The notes under the pieces were generated by a model. It saw nothing but the letters and a program-made list of their open reading frames with translations, had not been told where the DNA came from and made no database searches. A stretch of DNA of 64,000 bases from the human T2T-CHM13v2.0 reference genome, Homo sapiens. Below, in pieces: positions 1 through 13,680 of the stretch. How positions within the stretch are numbered: position 1 is the stretch's first letter; each line of letters begins with the position of its first letter. Both the position numbers and the translations under genes were made by a program. Where the stretch lies: the NCBI RefSeq assembly GCF_009914755.1, contig NC_060927.1; one strand, given 5' to 3'.

Positions 1-197
1 AATCTTGCAGGCATCTTAAACCATACCATCTCAACCCACACCTCTACCTCAAAGCTCAAAACCCAAAGAAAGGATCCACTGCCTCTGCAGCTGGTTTTAA
101 ATGGTCATCGAGACTGACCAAACAACACTGCATGATGGTTAAAGGCTCTGGAGTCGGGCTGCCTCTCATTAGCCATGTGACTGTGGGCAGGTTTCTT

Positions 198-493
<296 letters not shown>

Positions 494-2083
494 TTGTGGG
501 CAGGTTTCTTAACCTCACTAAGCCTCTGTTTTGTCCTCTGTAAAATGGAGGCTCATTCATTCGCAAATAGTTCGTGAATGCCCACTCATTTGTCAGGTTT
601 ATCAAATGCCTACTATGCATCAGGCAGTGCTCCAGCTGCTGGGGCAACACCAGCAAAATAAAATCAGATAAAGTTCCTGCCCTTAAGGAGCACTCATTCC
701 AGTAGTGCAGACAGGCAATAAACAGAACAAATAAGTAAAATATACACTATGTCAAATGGTGCTGAGTGTTATAGAGAAAATAAGGCAGGAAAGGAATAAG
801 AAGAGCAGTTCATGGAGGACAACATCCAGGCAATACAAGCTCAGCCTTACCCAATAAGATAATGTGCAACATAATGCTCCAGGGAGAACCCCCATCCTGT
901 AGTCACCACTCTATAACTCATGCCATGACTACCACCACTACTATTACTACCACCTTTGTCCACGGTCACTCTCCCTCCTGCAGCCAACGCTGGTCCTCTG
1001 TAAGTTTTCCTCTATTGGTATTTAATGAGAGGTACCATTGTGAGTATCTTCCATGGGCAAGGCATGGTGCTGGGCAATTTTACATATCCAACCTCATCTG
1101 ACTCTCATGAACCCCCTAAGAGCAGGTATCATCATTCTCATTTTTTCAAAAGAGGAATCTGAGACTCAAAGAGGTTGGGGGCTGCCCTGATCACACAGGG
1201 AACATTCAAATCCTGATTAGCCTGACTGAAGGCTTAAGGTCTCAGCTGGGGAGCTCTTCTGCCTCCCAGGTGCAAAAGCAAGACTGTACCCAGCGTCCAT
1301 CTCAGGGCATCCTCAGCCCTTCCTGAGGACCTGAGCCGTCAGCCCACGGTGCCCTCCAGCGTCATCTCCTGCTTGGTGAGCTATGCTAGGCCCCGATGCT
1401 CAAGATAACCTGTAAAGGCAAACTTGGAATCCTGACTTGTCTTCTCTCTCTTGGTCCCATTTTGTGATTTTGGATCTCCCAAAGAGACTCAGCTGCCTAT
1501 CTTGAACGTTTTACCCTACAGGAAGAGGGCAGCAGGCACTGATTAAACCAGAACCCTTGAAAAGAGAGTGGGGCTTGAGCAGGGCAGATTTATTGAACAG
1601 CTGAGGTCAAGCAACCAGAGGATTTCCTCATATTTTATATGATCAAAAAAAGTTCCACTTCTGTTCACTGCCCTTTGCAGCAGTTGGGGGTTGCTCCCAT
1701 GGAAGGAGCTCCCAGGCTTAAGGAGAGGAGGTAGCGGTGGGGGCGTTAGAGGTGGCAGGAGGAGTCACAGTGTGGGCAGGAAGGGCTGGCCTGGTCTAAG
1801 AGTGCCCACAGCGGATTCAGAGGGTGACAGGCACCCATCGCTTTCTCCACACGTGGAACAACTGAATTACTGGAGCTGGGAAAGCATAGCAACTGAATGT
1901 CTCTGCAAGCAAAAAGAAATTTCTGAAAACAGATTCAACTTTAGCTGTTAACAGGATGCAGTGATTTTGCCAAAGACAAAGCCAGGGATTCTCAAAGTGG
2001 GGAGTGGAATGGCTAATGCTTCCCTGCCTAGAAGAGAACTGTAGAGCAAGGGGAGGGGCATGGGCAATTTAAAAAGCGTATTT

Positions 2084-2379
2084 GGCCAGGTGCGGTGGCC
2101 AACGCCTGTAATCCTAACACTTTGGGAGCTCACAGCGGGCGGATCACAAGGTCAGGAGTTCGAGACCAGTCTGGCCAACAGAGTGAAACCCCATCTCTAC
2201 TAAAAATACAAAAAATTAGCCGGGTGTGGTGGTATGCACCTGTAATCCAGCTACTCAGGAGGCTGAGGCAGGAGAATAATGTGAACCCGGGAGGGAGAGG
2301 TTGTAGTGAGCCAAGATCACACCATTGTACTCCAGCCTGGGCAACAGTGTAAGACTGTCTCAAAAAAAAAAAAAAAAAA
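2084..2379 (+). mobile_element. AluS
   Basis: GGCCAGGTGCGGTGG start, A-rich linker, A tail. Confidence 0.92.
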
Positions 2380-2544
2380 GGCATATTCAATGTTATGATA
2401 CCATATTACATTTTAAAAGAAAAAAAAGTGTTATTTTCACAGTACATATCCCCTCCCTCTCTCCTCCACCAAAGAAACAAACAAACAAACAAACAAAAAC
2501 CTTAGTAGTTTGGGGTTATGGCAGGGATTTTTTATTTTTTTTTT

Positions 2545-2762
2545 AACTTCGACACTGTTGATATTTGGGGCAGGATAATTCCTTGATGTGGAGGCTGTCC
2601 TGTGCATTGTGGGATGTTTAGCAGCATCCTTGGCCTCTACCCACCAGATCACAAGCCAGTAGCATCCAATTTTCTCTTGTGACAACCAACAATGTCTACA
2701 GATACTGTCAAATGTCCCTTGGGGCAGGGATCAGGGCGTAAAATCATCCAGGTTGAGAACCA
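2545..2762 (-). mobile_element. MER20-like hAT DNA transposon
   Basis: ctgtcctgtgcattgtgggatgtttagcagcatccttggcctctacccaccagat motif typical of MER20. Confidence 0.7.
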
Positions 2763-2774
2763 TGGGATTATGGT

Positions 2775-2822
2775 TAAAAATACAAGACTCAAGTGTTGTA
2801 AAAATACAAGACTCAAGTGTTG
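2775..2822. repeat. Perfect 24-bp tandem duplication
   Basis: TAAAAATACAAGACTCAAGTGTTG x2. Confidence 0.9.
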
Positions 2823-4319
2823 AGATGCCTAGTTTAACCACTTGCTAATCTGTGATCCTGAACATGTTACTTATGCTCTCCCAGTCTTGGTTTTCTTATC
2901 TATAAAACGGAGATGACATCAGATGACATCATGTATATGCTTCACAGCATTAATGTAAAGATTAACCAAGATAACAATATATTAGTAGTTAACACAGTGT
3001 CCCACTTGGAAGGCTTCACAGCTGTTAGCTCTATGTATGACAGCAGATCTTTGTCACCTTGGGGATGAAAAGAGGACAGTCTCTGGACAAGAGATTGGGA
3101 ATGCAAAGAATAAAAAATTCGGGAATGCTGGGGGGTGGGAGTCTCATGTTTAGTTAAAAAAAGGGCATTAAAAAAAACTTGAGAAACACCGGTCTGAACC
3201 ATGGCTGTTGAAAGCAGAATTGCAGAGGATCTTGCTTCTACCTGGAGTGACAGAAGGAACGAGGAGAAGAGAGACCCATTGAGCCTAGGAGTTTAATCTT
3301 ACACTGGCAGCTACTGAGGTTGTTTGGGCTGAGACTCGGCTTTAATGTATAATCAGATTTACGTATTAGTCAAGGGCTGTGTCCTGACTGCTGGGGGGTG
3401 CCACAGGGGCTGGAGAGGTGTGAGGAAAGGAAACAAACAATGAAAGGGAGGGAAGATGATTTTTGAGGTGTCTGTGGCAGTCAGTGGACCCAGCTCATTT
3501 TGGCTTTATCTGCTGATCCCTTTCTGGGGAACCCCTTCCCATCAGAAAGACTTGAGCTTTGTGTCAAGCCCCTTTTATCAGCCAAGATTAAGGGCTGATG
3601 TCACCAAGAGTTTTTATTTTATGGACAGAAATGTGGAGTAGTGGTTCAAACTACACACTGGCAAACTGCTCTAATCCTCACTCATCCATTCACTAGCTGT
3701 GTGACCTTAAACTCTGTGATCCTTTGTTCGCTCATCTCCAAGATGGGGATAATCACTATCAATGTGGTTGATGTTTACTGTAGTTCACTTGACTTTTCCA
3801 CTTCAGCCCTTAGCTATCACAACGTTAACATCTGGATGTCCTGAGAGTATTCCACATCTCTGTTGATGCTAATTATGGCAAATATTTTGAGTGTTTACTG
3901 TGATCTAGGTGTTGTATTTTTTCTCATTTAATCCCATGAAAAAGTTTTTATAGGTGGGGAAATTCAGGTTCAGAGTTTACATAACTTGCCCGCGGCCACA
4001 GAGCCAGTAATGGACAGAGCCAAGGGTGAAAAGTGGTCTATCTAACGCTCAAGATCCTCTTGAGAGAGGCAATGTAATGCTAGACTCTCTGCAATTTCTA
4101 GGAGTTTTGGGTAGATTTTGGTAGGGCAAAGGTTACTAGAAGAGAGCATTTTGTGTGCTCATATATGAGCTCTCTATCTCTTAGGATGAGTGCTAATTCT
4201 GTCTCACACATGTACACCCAGAACCAAACTAGGGCACTAGGAGCAGAACCACCCACGAATTATCCCAGAAGCTGGAAACACAGGCACCTGATGAAGAATT
4301 TAGTTTGGTCTTAATACTA

Positions 4320-4492
4320 TGGTTCTCAATATTGTCTGACTGGTAGAATTATTGGACAATTTTAAAACAGTCCCTCACCCAGGCCAAATACCAGACCAGT
4401 TAAATTGGAATCTTGGGGGTGGGGTCCAGGTATCAGTATTTCTTTAAAGCTCCCCAGATGACTCCAAGTGTGGCCAAAGTTGACAACCAGTG
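4320..4492. mobile_element. MER5A-like hAT element
   Basis: ggttctcaa...tttaaagctccccagatgactcc...aaagttgacaaccagtg; similar copies near 9933-10110, 17240-17395, 41352-41495 and 61970-62155. Confidence 0.6.
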
Positions 4493-7400
4493 CCTGGGTA
4501 TTTTAGCCTCTGCCTTACATCTTTCCAGTGGGTACCCAATCTAATTCTCTCTTACAAGAGATGGAGAAGGCCTGCGGACTGTTTAGAGTAAGTGTGAAGT
4601 ATTCACTCTAAACCTGTTGAGGTTGAGGTTGGAGTTCCAGTGAGATACTGTCTCCCTTTTCCATGTTAACCAGAGCAAAGCTGAGTGTGGTAAAAGGCCT
4701 CAAACCTGAGATGGCTCTTGAGATTTGTAAGGCTGAGCCTTGGTCCCAGTCGCTGAATTTGCCCCAAATTGTGAGCCTATTTGGCCTCATCTGTTTCATC
4801 ACAAGCGATAAGACCGTAGGAGGACAATATTCCATATGATTTCCCCCCAATAATGGAAACTCTTCCTGCTGAACTCCTGGACCTCAGCCTTAGAAAGGGA
4901 TTTTTGAGGTAGGATGGAGGGATCCAGATCTTTGAGAGACAGGAGAAAGCCTTCTGTAACTGTGGCAACACCCACCTGGGAAAAATGACAACTGCTCAGT
5001 CTTTCTTCTTAAGGACCAACAGAAATATCCAAAGAGCCCTGATAACAATCTGCCATGGCTAATACTGGCTAACTGGTGCAAGAGAAGAAAAATAAGGGGA
5101 TTTGTGAATCAACTTCTGTTTAGCCATATGTTTTCAAGGCTTACTGTTTACTTAAGGAAAGGTTTTGTGCTTTAATCAGATTTGTATATTAGTTACTTGG
5201 CTAAGCCAGGACACCTGGGGTAAAATTCAAATGTACTGTGTATATGAAATCCAGGACATAACCAAGAGAGAAATCAGCCCTGAAAGGAAAAATAAGCTAT
5301 AGCAATAGAAAGAACAGTAGTAAGAGTTCACAGATATTTTTTCTTCTGTTATAAATGGAAAGTTCTCCACCCTGTACTTCTCAATGCACATGGTATTCCC
5401 GACCTACTGCCTCTTTGTAGTCTTGCATTTGCTTTCTCAATCCCCTCTGTAAATCATCTGACTTTTTCTACTTTAAGACATCCCACTAAAAAAAGGGGAC
5501 CAGGGCAGTGTTCTCAGAGGGATACCAGGAGGTGGAATTTGAGCCAGCAATAAAATGTGAGTGCTTTACCACTCCAAATATAGCTCTTTCCTCTTGACAA
5601 CTATAATCTCAACACACTGGCCTCCTTTAAGCTCCTAGAACTGGACAAGTTCTCTCTTGCCTCAGGGCCTTTGCATATAAGATAACCTTCTTCCTTGCCA
5701 ATTCTTTCCTTTGCAAGGCCAAGTCCTTCTCATCCAAGTCTTAGCTCACCCATCACTTCAGAGAGCTTCCTTGACCATCCTTTCAATGCAGTTAACCCTC
5801 AATATTCGCTCTTCTTTTCTTTGCTCATTTTTTTCTTTGCAACTTATCACAATCTGTCCTTCTCTGTGTGTTTGTAGGTCCCCTCCTACATTATAAGCCA
5901 TTCTCCACCCTACTCTGCCCTGAATGGCTCTCTTGCTCTCTGGCTGCTGGTTGGGTTTGACCAATGGGAAAAGATCAGAGGGTAGAAAGTATTTATTGTC
6001 CTGGCTCCCTCCTGCTAGGCTGCAGCTTGGCTGCAGCATTCTACCTAAGGCCTCAGTTTCTATCTATCTCCTTCATTAGGTTTTCTTTAATTACCCCTTG
6101 AATATGCCATCTGCTTCCTGCTGGGGCCTGACCCACAGAAGGACTAGTCTGATTTATTCACCAACGTACACTGGGCAACTAGCAGAGTGCCTGGCACATG
6201 GTAGACACTCAATAAATATTTGTTGAAAACATGAATATAAAACAACTCAGAATCAAAAATTTAAAACATCTTTCTCTTCCCCATTCTTTTTGTTTCCACA
6301 AAGATCTTGATCAAACTCTGGTATAGAGAATAGATAAAACAGTGTGGCTGGGGTTGAGGGTAGATGGGGTAGCCCACCAGCATGGCCCCCTCTTAAATTG
6401 CTACTCTAGAAACCCAGTACATTAGAGATATATTTTGGGCAGATGCCGTGTGGGAGGATGTGGCACCTTACACAGTTTCTTTAATTGAGGTACACAATAT
6501 TAGGGGCTGAGTTCAGACTAAATGATATTTACAACTCCATGTTTCCAGGAAGACTTTGAGTTCATCTCTGGAAGACAACAGGGGTAGGAGTGGGAATGGA
6601 AATGGTGCTTTATGAACCCACTAAGAGGATTCAAAATTCTTCTTTTGTAGCAGTCCCTGGGCTCAGAGGAAGCTGGAATAAAAGATGTCCTCTGATTTGA
6701 TGTGCTTCATCCAGTATTGCCAGATAAAGGTGTGTCATCCAGATTCCCCTACCCTAACGTGCCCCTATATTAAACCGCTTCAGAAGGCAGAAAGTGACAG
6801 AGGAAGCCACCTGCTTCTTAGGTAGTCCTAACTCCTGAATAGAAAGAGAGGCACAATGGGTGACAGAGGACCTGGACATGTACGGCTCATGGTTCACTCA
6901 GGGATGCTGAGCCTTGGGTTGTATAAAGGGGAGCTTGATGGGAAGCTCAGGCCGGGTTCGAATTTTTCTCCTGGAAGAGGAGCCAGAGCTGGAAACAGAT
7001 CTGCAGCCAAGGGCCTGGCTGGGCTTGTTCCAGGAGCTGATAATGATCTCAGTGGAAAACTTCCATTACTGTACTCTCCTCATTGTCTTCCTCACTTAGG
7101 GACCAAAGCTGGGCCTGTTTCTCATCCACAGACTCAGAGAACAAATTAACTCCTCTAAGCTGTGGCAAATGGGAATTCTCTGTGAAGTTAATTGATACTG
7201 GGGTGGGGGGCCAGGGGGATCAGTGCAGGAAGGCTGAGCTCTGTGAACTGACAGTCTACTTTCTCACATGTGAAGGCTGGGCTCTATTAGCATTAATAGG
7301 GGTAACATGGGCATAATTAGGCCACAGATTCTGGTAGCCTCTTTTGACTCAGACAAGGCTGTAAATCAGATTCAAGGAGACAAGGCTCATCTTTCTGGCT

Positions 7401-8051
7401 GCAAGCATTCCTAGAAATGCAAGCAAAGTGCTCCCCAGTTACGGGGGTCAACATGGGTCTGGATCATTGACATGTACAGAATCGCCAAATCTCACACTCA
7501 TCCATTGATGCTGGTTCTTGCCTTCTATCCCTTTCTATTAGAATGATTCCTGAGTTCTGGTCAATCTTCCCTCTCCCTGTTAAGTGAGCAACTGGCCGAG
7601 ACAGAGTTAAGAGGAAGGTGGCAGGAGATCAGGGTACCAAATAATACAAGTAATAGTTACTCTCAAATAATGAATTTTCCATGTACTGGGCAGGCGGTGA
7701 AGTGCTCCACGCATGTTACCCCACACCACCCAGCAGCCCCACTGCAGCAGACATTACATTTACTCAGGAAGCTGAGGGATTGAGAGATTTAAGCCACTTG
7801 CCTGAGTCACACAGCTAGAGAGGTGGTACGGTTTCAACCAGGTCAACTGGGCCCTTAAACACTAAGTGTGAATGTGTGTTGCAGCTAGGGACAGAGCAAG
7901 AAGTAAAAAAAGCTCTCTCAGCTGCAGACGGGGCTTCCGAAGCATCCAGCTGAGGAGGTCCCTTCCCGTGACATCATACTCCCCTCAGATATGGTTCAGA
8001 ATGACTTAGATTGGGACTAATGATTTTCATTGGAATTCCCTGTGTCTAGGC

Positions 8052-8305
8052 CAGGCTTTCTCAGTCTCGGCACTGCTGGCTTATGGAGCTGGATAATTCT
8101 TTGTTGACTGGGTATAGGGGGATGGATGACATTTTGTGCACTGTAGGAGGTTTAGCGGCACCCCTGATCTCTACCTACCAGACGCCTGTAGTGTCCTGCA
8201 CCCCCAGTTATTACAACCAAAAATGCCTCCAAACTTCGAAGTGTTCCCTGGGTGGGAAAAACCACCACCCCTAGTAACTACCCCCACCCATCTCTGTTGA
8301 GAATC
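8052..8305 (-). mobile_element. MER20-like hAT DNA transposon
   Basis: ctttctcagtctcggcactgctggc...gtgcactgtaggaggtttagcggcacccctgatctctacc. Confidence 0.65.
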
Positions 8306-9309
8306 ATTCATCTAGACCACCCTGTTTCCCCTGGGGTAGTGTTTGTGTATGAGTGTGTACCTTAGGCAAAGGGAATTTCCTCCTTCATCTTTTTACCTAG
8401 GACCCATTATTTGAGTATAAAGAAAGAAAAAGGGTGAGTTATTCCAGTCAGTTTCCTCTCCTCTCTCATTTCCAGCTATGAGCTCAATCTGTTTCCCAAA
8501 GTAAAGACTGAACTGGACTTTTCTGCCTTCTAAAATTGGCACCTTTGATTTCAAAGGCAGCCACTGGGAAGTCTGCTGCTGCCAGGATGAGAAACCCTAG
8601 CAAGGTATGAGCTGCTCACTCCTAGGCAGCAGAGTCACTGCTAGGGATGGTCTCACCAAAAGCACAATGTCAGAATCAGAAACAAATCCCTGCAGGTGTT
8701 CTTGGACTGATAACACCCTCGGTGGGGGCAGATTTGAGTGGGTTGGATAAATGACTCGAAGAAGCAAGAATATGCAAGAATCCCTCAGACTTAGCACAGC
8801 TGAGAGTCAAGGATTTATTCCAAGGAAAGACTCAGATAACAGAAACGCACAGAGGTACAGTCTCTACTCTGCTGGGTAAGAAGCAAAATGAATGAGTATT
8901 TTCCTCCATTCCTTGTGCATGGGAAAAATAAGAGAGAAAAGAGAAGACAGGGTCTGAATAATCTGCAAAGTAGAACACTAAATCCTTGGGTAACAAAGAG
9001 TTGAGAAAGGCAATTTTCTAGGAGAGAAAGAATGGGAGAAATACACCTGCCTTAGCTAAATGGATGGGGGAATTCTGGATGACATTTTTAAGCCATTAAA
9101 AGTCTTTGCACCAAGGAAAACACTACGTGTTTTCTTAGTGACTTTGAAGTGGAAGACCCAGACTTTATCTTCTAAATGGTGCCCTGCCTGTTTGCTCAGC
9201 CTGATTTGTGATAGCTGCCTCCCAGAGATGTGTGATGGTCTGATTTTGATTTGGGGTGGGCAGGCTGAAGGAGATTCCTGGCAGAACAGGACGAGGAACG
9301 ATCACAGAT

Positions 9310-9310
<1 letters not shown>

Positions 9311-9341
<31 letters not shown>

Positions 9342-9361
9342 CACCTGCGCGCACACACACA
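9311..9361. repeat. (CA)n microsatellite, interrupted
   Basis: Direct reading. Confidence 0.95.
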
Positions 9362-11729
9362 GAGCTATCTGGGTGCTCAAGGTGATGCTGGTAGAAAACT
9401 GGGGAGAGTGAAACTTATTGGTGGAAACTATTCTAGGTTAAACAATCAAACACACAACAAACCAAGCTATCTTGAAATTTTTTACGCAACTTTCGGCTCA
9501 TGATCTCTTGATTTTCACATTGATTCTAGAGCGGAAACAGGTCCTATTTCAAGATTAGAGTGTTTTGTTGTCCACCTTTTCTGATGCAGTCCGTGATGAT
9601 TCCAAAACCATCAAATGCTCTTGGCAAGTATTACCCTCTTTCCTATTTAATCCATACTATGTAATTAAGATATGTATCATCCACATGCTTCAGATAATGT
9701 GCTCTTAACTTACTAAGGTGCTATTTACTACACCAAGAGTGATTTGATGTCAAGGACATCTTCAGAAATTTTGAGAGGAGATATAATCCACTTTTTCTTT
9801 TGTCTCAGCAGGAGGCTAGACTCAGGGCTAAGAGAAGAGGCAGTGTAGACAGATGCAAGTTCTAACTACAGGCGAGCTCATGAGTATGGTACCTCACCCA
9901 TATGTAAGACGAAGAGTCTGGGTTTCCTTAGCTCAGTGGTCCTCAAACTTAGTGAACCTATGAGTTCTCTGGGGGTGTGTGTTCGAAATGCTGATTGCTG
10001 AGTCTGAGCCCTGAGAGATTCTGTTTGTGGGTGTGGGATGTGGCCCAAGAATTTGCACAATTGACAAGCATCCTAGATGAACGTAGTGTAAGTGATCCCT
10101 GGAATACTCAAATTGATGGAGTGGATAGTTTATTGTTTACATGGAGAAATAGACTCCCCAAAGCTAGCTTAGGCTGCTTGTACTAGGAAGTAGGGTTTTA
10201 GTCATGTTAGTTTTCCACTGCTCTGGGAGGCACTTTACGTATAGGCAGAGGAGGGGAGGTTAAGGAAGGTGATGGTCGGTGCAGAATCACCCATAAGTCT
10301 CATATGACCACTAGAACACTGTGGGAGGGAGATGCTAAAGAAGTTTTGCCAAGTGGCCAGGTAGGAAGGTCAAGGTAGGAAGGTCAAGGTCAAGTCAATA
10401 AAAAAGGAAGTCAAAACAGAATATTTTGTTGATGGCAGACAAAGGAAATCAGGATTTAAATACAGATCATTTAAAAAAACTGCCTATATGTCCAATTCTG
10501 GAGGTGTGGTAACACCCATTCAATTGAATATTAATGCAGTCATTAAAAATGATGGTTACAAATGCCACACAGATAAGCTAAAGATAGAATGCAAATGAAG
10601 AAATGCAGGCCACAAACTATTCACTATGTTTATAACCAAGTTAGAGAAAAATAGTGAACTAATACGTAGGGAAGAAACTTGAAAATTCATGAAAATATGA
10701 ACACTGGTCAAGTGGTGAGATTTGGGCTATATTTTCACTATTTCTATCTTTTTCCAGAATTTTTCTTTTCTGTGTTTTCCTTACTCTCCATATTTTAAAA
10801 ACTAAATGGCTTGAGTTTTAAAGCCATTTCCAAGTGGATAAGAGCTTTCTCATTTCCCTTTGTGAGATTAACAAACTCAAAAGTTCCAAGAGAAATGAAA
10901 TGTTCACACATTCTTAAAAAAAATCACTCTATAAAATCTTGCACCAGTCTGGGGAACCCATCACGACACACCACGCCCCAACCCCACCACTGCTGGCCTC
11001 CACCCTGGACGAATTTTCCAGTGTTGCCTTTTCAGTAACAAAGAGAATAAAATCAGCAATCTTTTCTCCCTGTCAGCAGCCATGGTTACTGACTGTGGGT
11101 ATAGATGACTGCTCACGCCCAAGGAGGTTATAAATAAGACTTTTGAACAGTTATCAAAAACCAGGACACTGGAAAAGGTTCTCCGGGCCCAGAAAATGTC
11201 AGGGAGACCACAACATTGTAGCAGGGGTATATCGCCTGCTCTGGGCTGAGCTCTCTTCCAACTGCCCACTGATTCCCTGTTGTCCCACCTTGCTCTGACA
11301 TTGTCCTCGGCTTCCCACATGCCAGGAAAGCAAAGCAGAAAAAGAAACGAGGGACAGATTCTCCTGGGACTTTCACTCTGCTGGTTTTCATCTGGCCCCT
11401 GGTCTGTGAGCTAGGGGTGATGTTCAGAGTCATGAAATGCCAACAACAGGGCACAGCTTCCTTGGGGATCTATGGGACCAGTCAGAAGGTGCTCCTTAGG
11501 ATGTACTAACCATTGAGTGAGAAGGCTGGGCTCCATCTAATCTCTCCCTCCAAAATATCTCCTCATAGCCTGAAACCCCTACGTTAAAATCACCACAGGC
11601 CACACCCCAAAGACCAGAGCTTTGTCTCCAGAAAACCATAGCTGAAATACATAATGGGTGTTTGATGTTAAATTCAAATATGGTGGGGCTTTTAGAGGAG
11701 GGGATCAGATAAAAACGTTAGTCCTGGAT

Positions 11730-12300
11730 GGATGGGATACCTATGGTGCCTGTGGTTTTACCTCCTTGCAGCTTAATCCCTCTTCCTTTGAAAACATGAC
11801 CTTGATTTCCCTTTGAACATTCTTCCTTCTCCATTGTCAGTCCTGAAGTTTTGATGGGTTTGACCTCATTGCCTAGTTCCTGGGATGGGACATGACTCAG
11901 GTCTGACATACCAGAGCTATCATTCTCCTGGCCACAGTGGTTAGTTTAAGAATTGTTGGATGACCAAAGTCAGGCAAATGAGAAGACTCAATTCTGGTAC
12001 TTTTGGTGACACTAATAGGGAAGATCAATACTTTTTCCCCTTCACCTGATGTTGATGGACATTGGTCTGCAGTGACTGACAGCCCTCCTGGCTATCCCAG
12101 GGAAGAGGCTGCCTGAGACTGAAGCCAGTGTACAGGGAACAAGAACTCAGAGACAGAAAGAAACCGAGTCCTGATGACATCATTTGGGCCCCTGGAACTA
12201 AAGATCTGTGAAGTATGAAGTTACTTGATCAAAAAAATTTTGTTTACACCCATTGGAGTTAGAATTCTGACACTTCCAAACAAAAGAGTTCTGCAATACC
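11730..12300 (+). mobile_element. Old MaLR (MLT1-type) LTR remnant
   Basis: Degenerate MLT1-like 3' end (tgtttacacccattggagttagaattctgacacttccaaacaaaagagttctg); a similar element lies near 42600-43060. Confidence 0.45.
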
Positions 12301-12999
12301 AATGAACAAAGGCAATCTCTATGCATTTCCCAAGTATATCCCAGGGCCCTGTGGTCAATGGATAGGACTCAAGGTTGTGATTCCAGACTGGACCACACAT
12401 CTTCCCCAGTGACGGGAATGAACAAAAAGATCTGGGCCACACAATACATAAGCACATCTGAGGTGTGGCCAATGAAGTAATGGGTGCCAGCTGGTTAAGA
12501 GGTTCTACCCAATATTTAAATAAAGAAATTGGGTTAGAGGATGGTTATCCAAGTTATGCAGAAGAATAGACCTGGCCCTTCCTTAAATTAAATATAGAAA
12601 TGTTTTGCATTGCAAGGATTAAAAAACATCTCAGACATTCTTGGTAAAGTGAGTGGTTCCAGTTGTTGCTTTATATCCTCATGTTGTTGTTTTCTGGTTC
12701 TTTCCCAGTTTGTCAGCAATGCTGAAAAATTACCCTGTTACCTTCTGGCATTGCACAACTAAGTTTCCCTTGCCAAGGTGTGTAGATGAGGTGTGTAAAA
12801 GGCATGGCCTTGACACAACAATGCAACACTGATCAAAGAAGGTAGGAAGCCCTTTCAGATTCCTGCTCCGTGTCTCCACTTATTCAGGCCAATAAAACAT
12901 GCACTTGCATTTGATGCTGGCCTGAGTAAAAAAAACACAGAGTAGACCAACCTTTAACTATTGCTAATGTTTTCATATCTATTTTCCTCTGTCTCCCAG

Positions 13000-13680
13000 G
13001 ACCCACTCCCCTTGGGACACTGTAAACCTCTGCCAATTTCCTCTCCTAAGTCACTGTCATATCCATCCACTTATTTTGGACTTTGCCATTAACCTTCACC
13101 TCTAGCCTGGGCTACACAGCCCCAGATTGCCTCCTAACAGGACTCCCTGCATCAGCACTTGCCCTTTTCCAATCAATTCCCCACACAGCAGCTGAAGCCA
13201 TCTTTTCAAAATGCAAATTGGATCATGTCACCTCCCTCACTGCAGGGCCTGACATTTTAAGGGTTTTCCGTTGCCCTTATTAGAAAGGCCTACACCATTA
13301 ATATAGCCCTAAATGGCTCCGCACCATCTGGCCCTTGCTTTCCTTCCAAGTCTTATTACTCTAAGTGCTCACCCAGCCATAGGACCTTCTGACAACTCTT
13401 CATACATTCCTACCACAGGGCCTTTACACATGCTGCTCCTGCTGCCTAGAATGACCCTTCCCTTATCCCTGAAGCATCACTTTTTCAGGATGTCCTTTGA
13501 CTCAGCCACATCCCTCTTTGTAAGGCCTCCTAGCCTCACACTTACTTATATCATACAATTGGATGGTTACTGTCTATCAACTTCACTAGACTGTGAGGTA
13601 CAAGAGGGCAAGGCCCATGTCCAATTCAGCTCAGCATTGCATTCCCAGCACCTTGCATAGGTGGCACCTACAAATACTAA
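13000..13680 (+). mobile_element. L2 LINE 3' fragment
   Basis: ccacacagcagctgaagccatcttttcaaaatgcaaattggatcatgtcacctccc and cacttgcata-type 3' end motifs. Confidence 0.65.

Noticed and set aside
9060-9503. 147-aa ORF with an HTHTHT repeat
   Set aside because: The repeat is just the translated (CA)n microsatellite.
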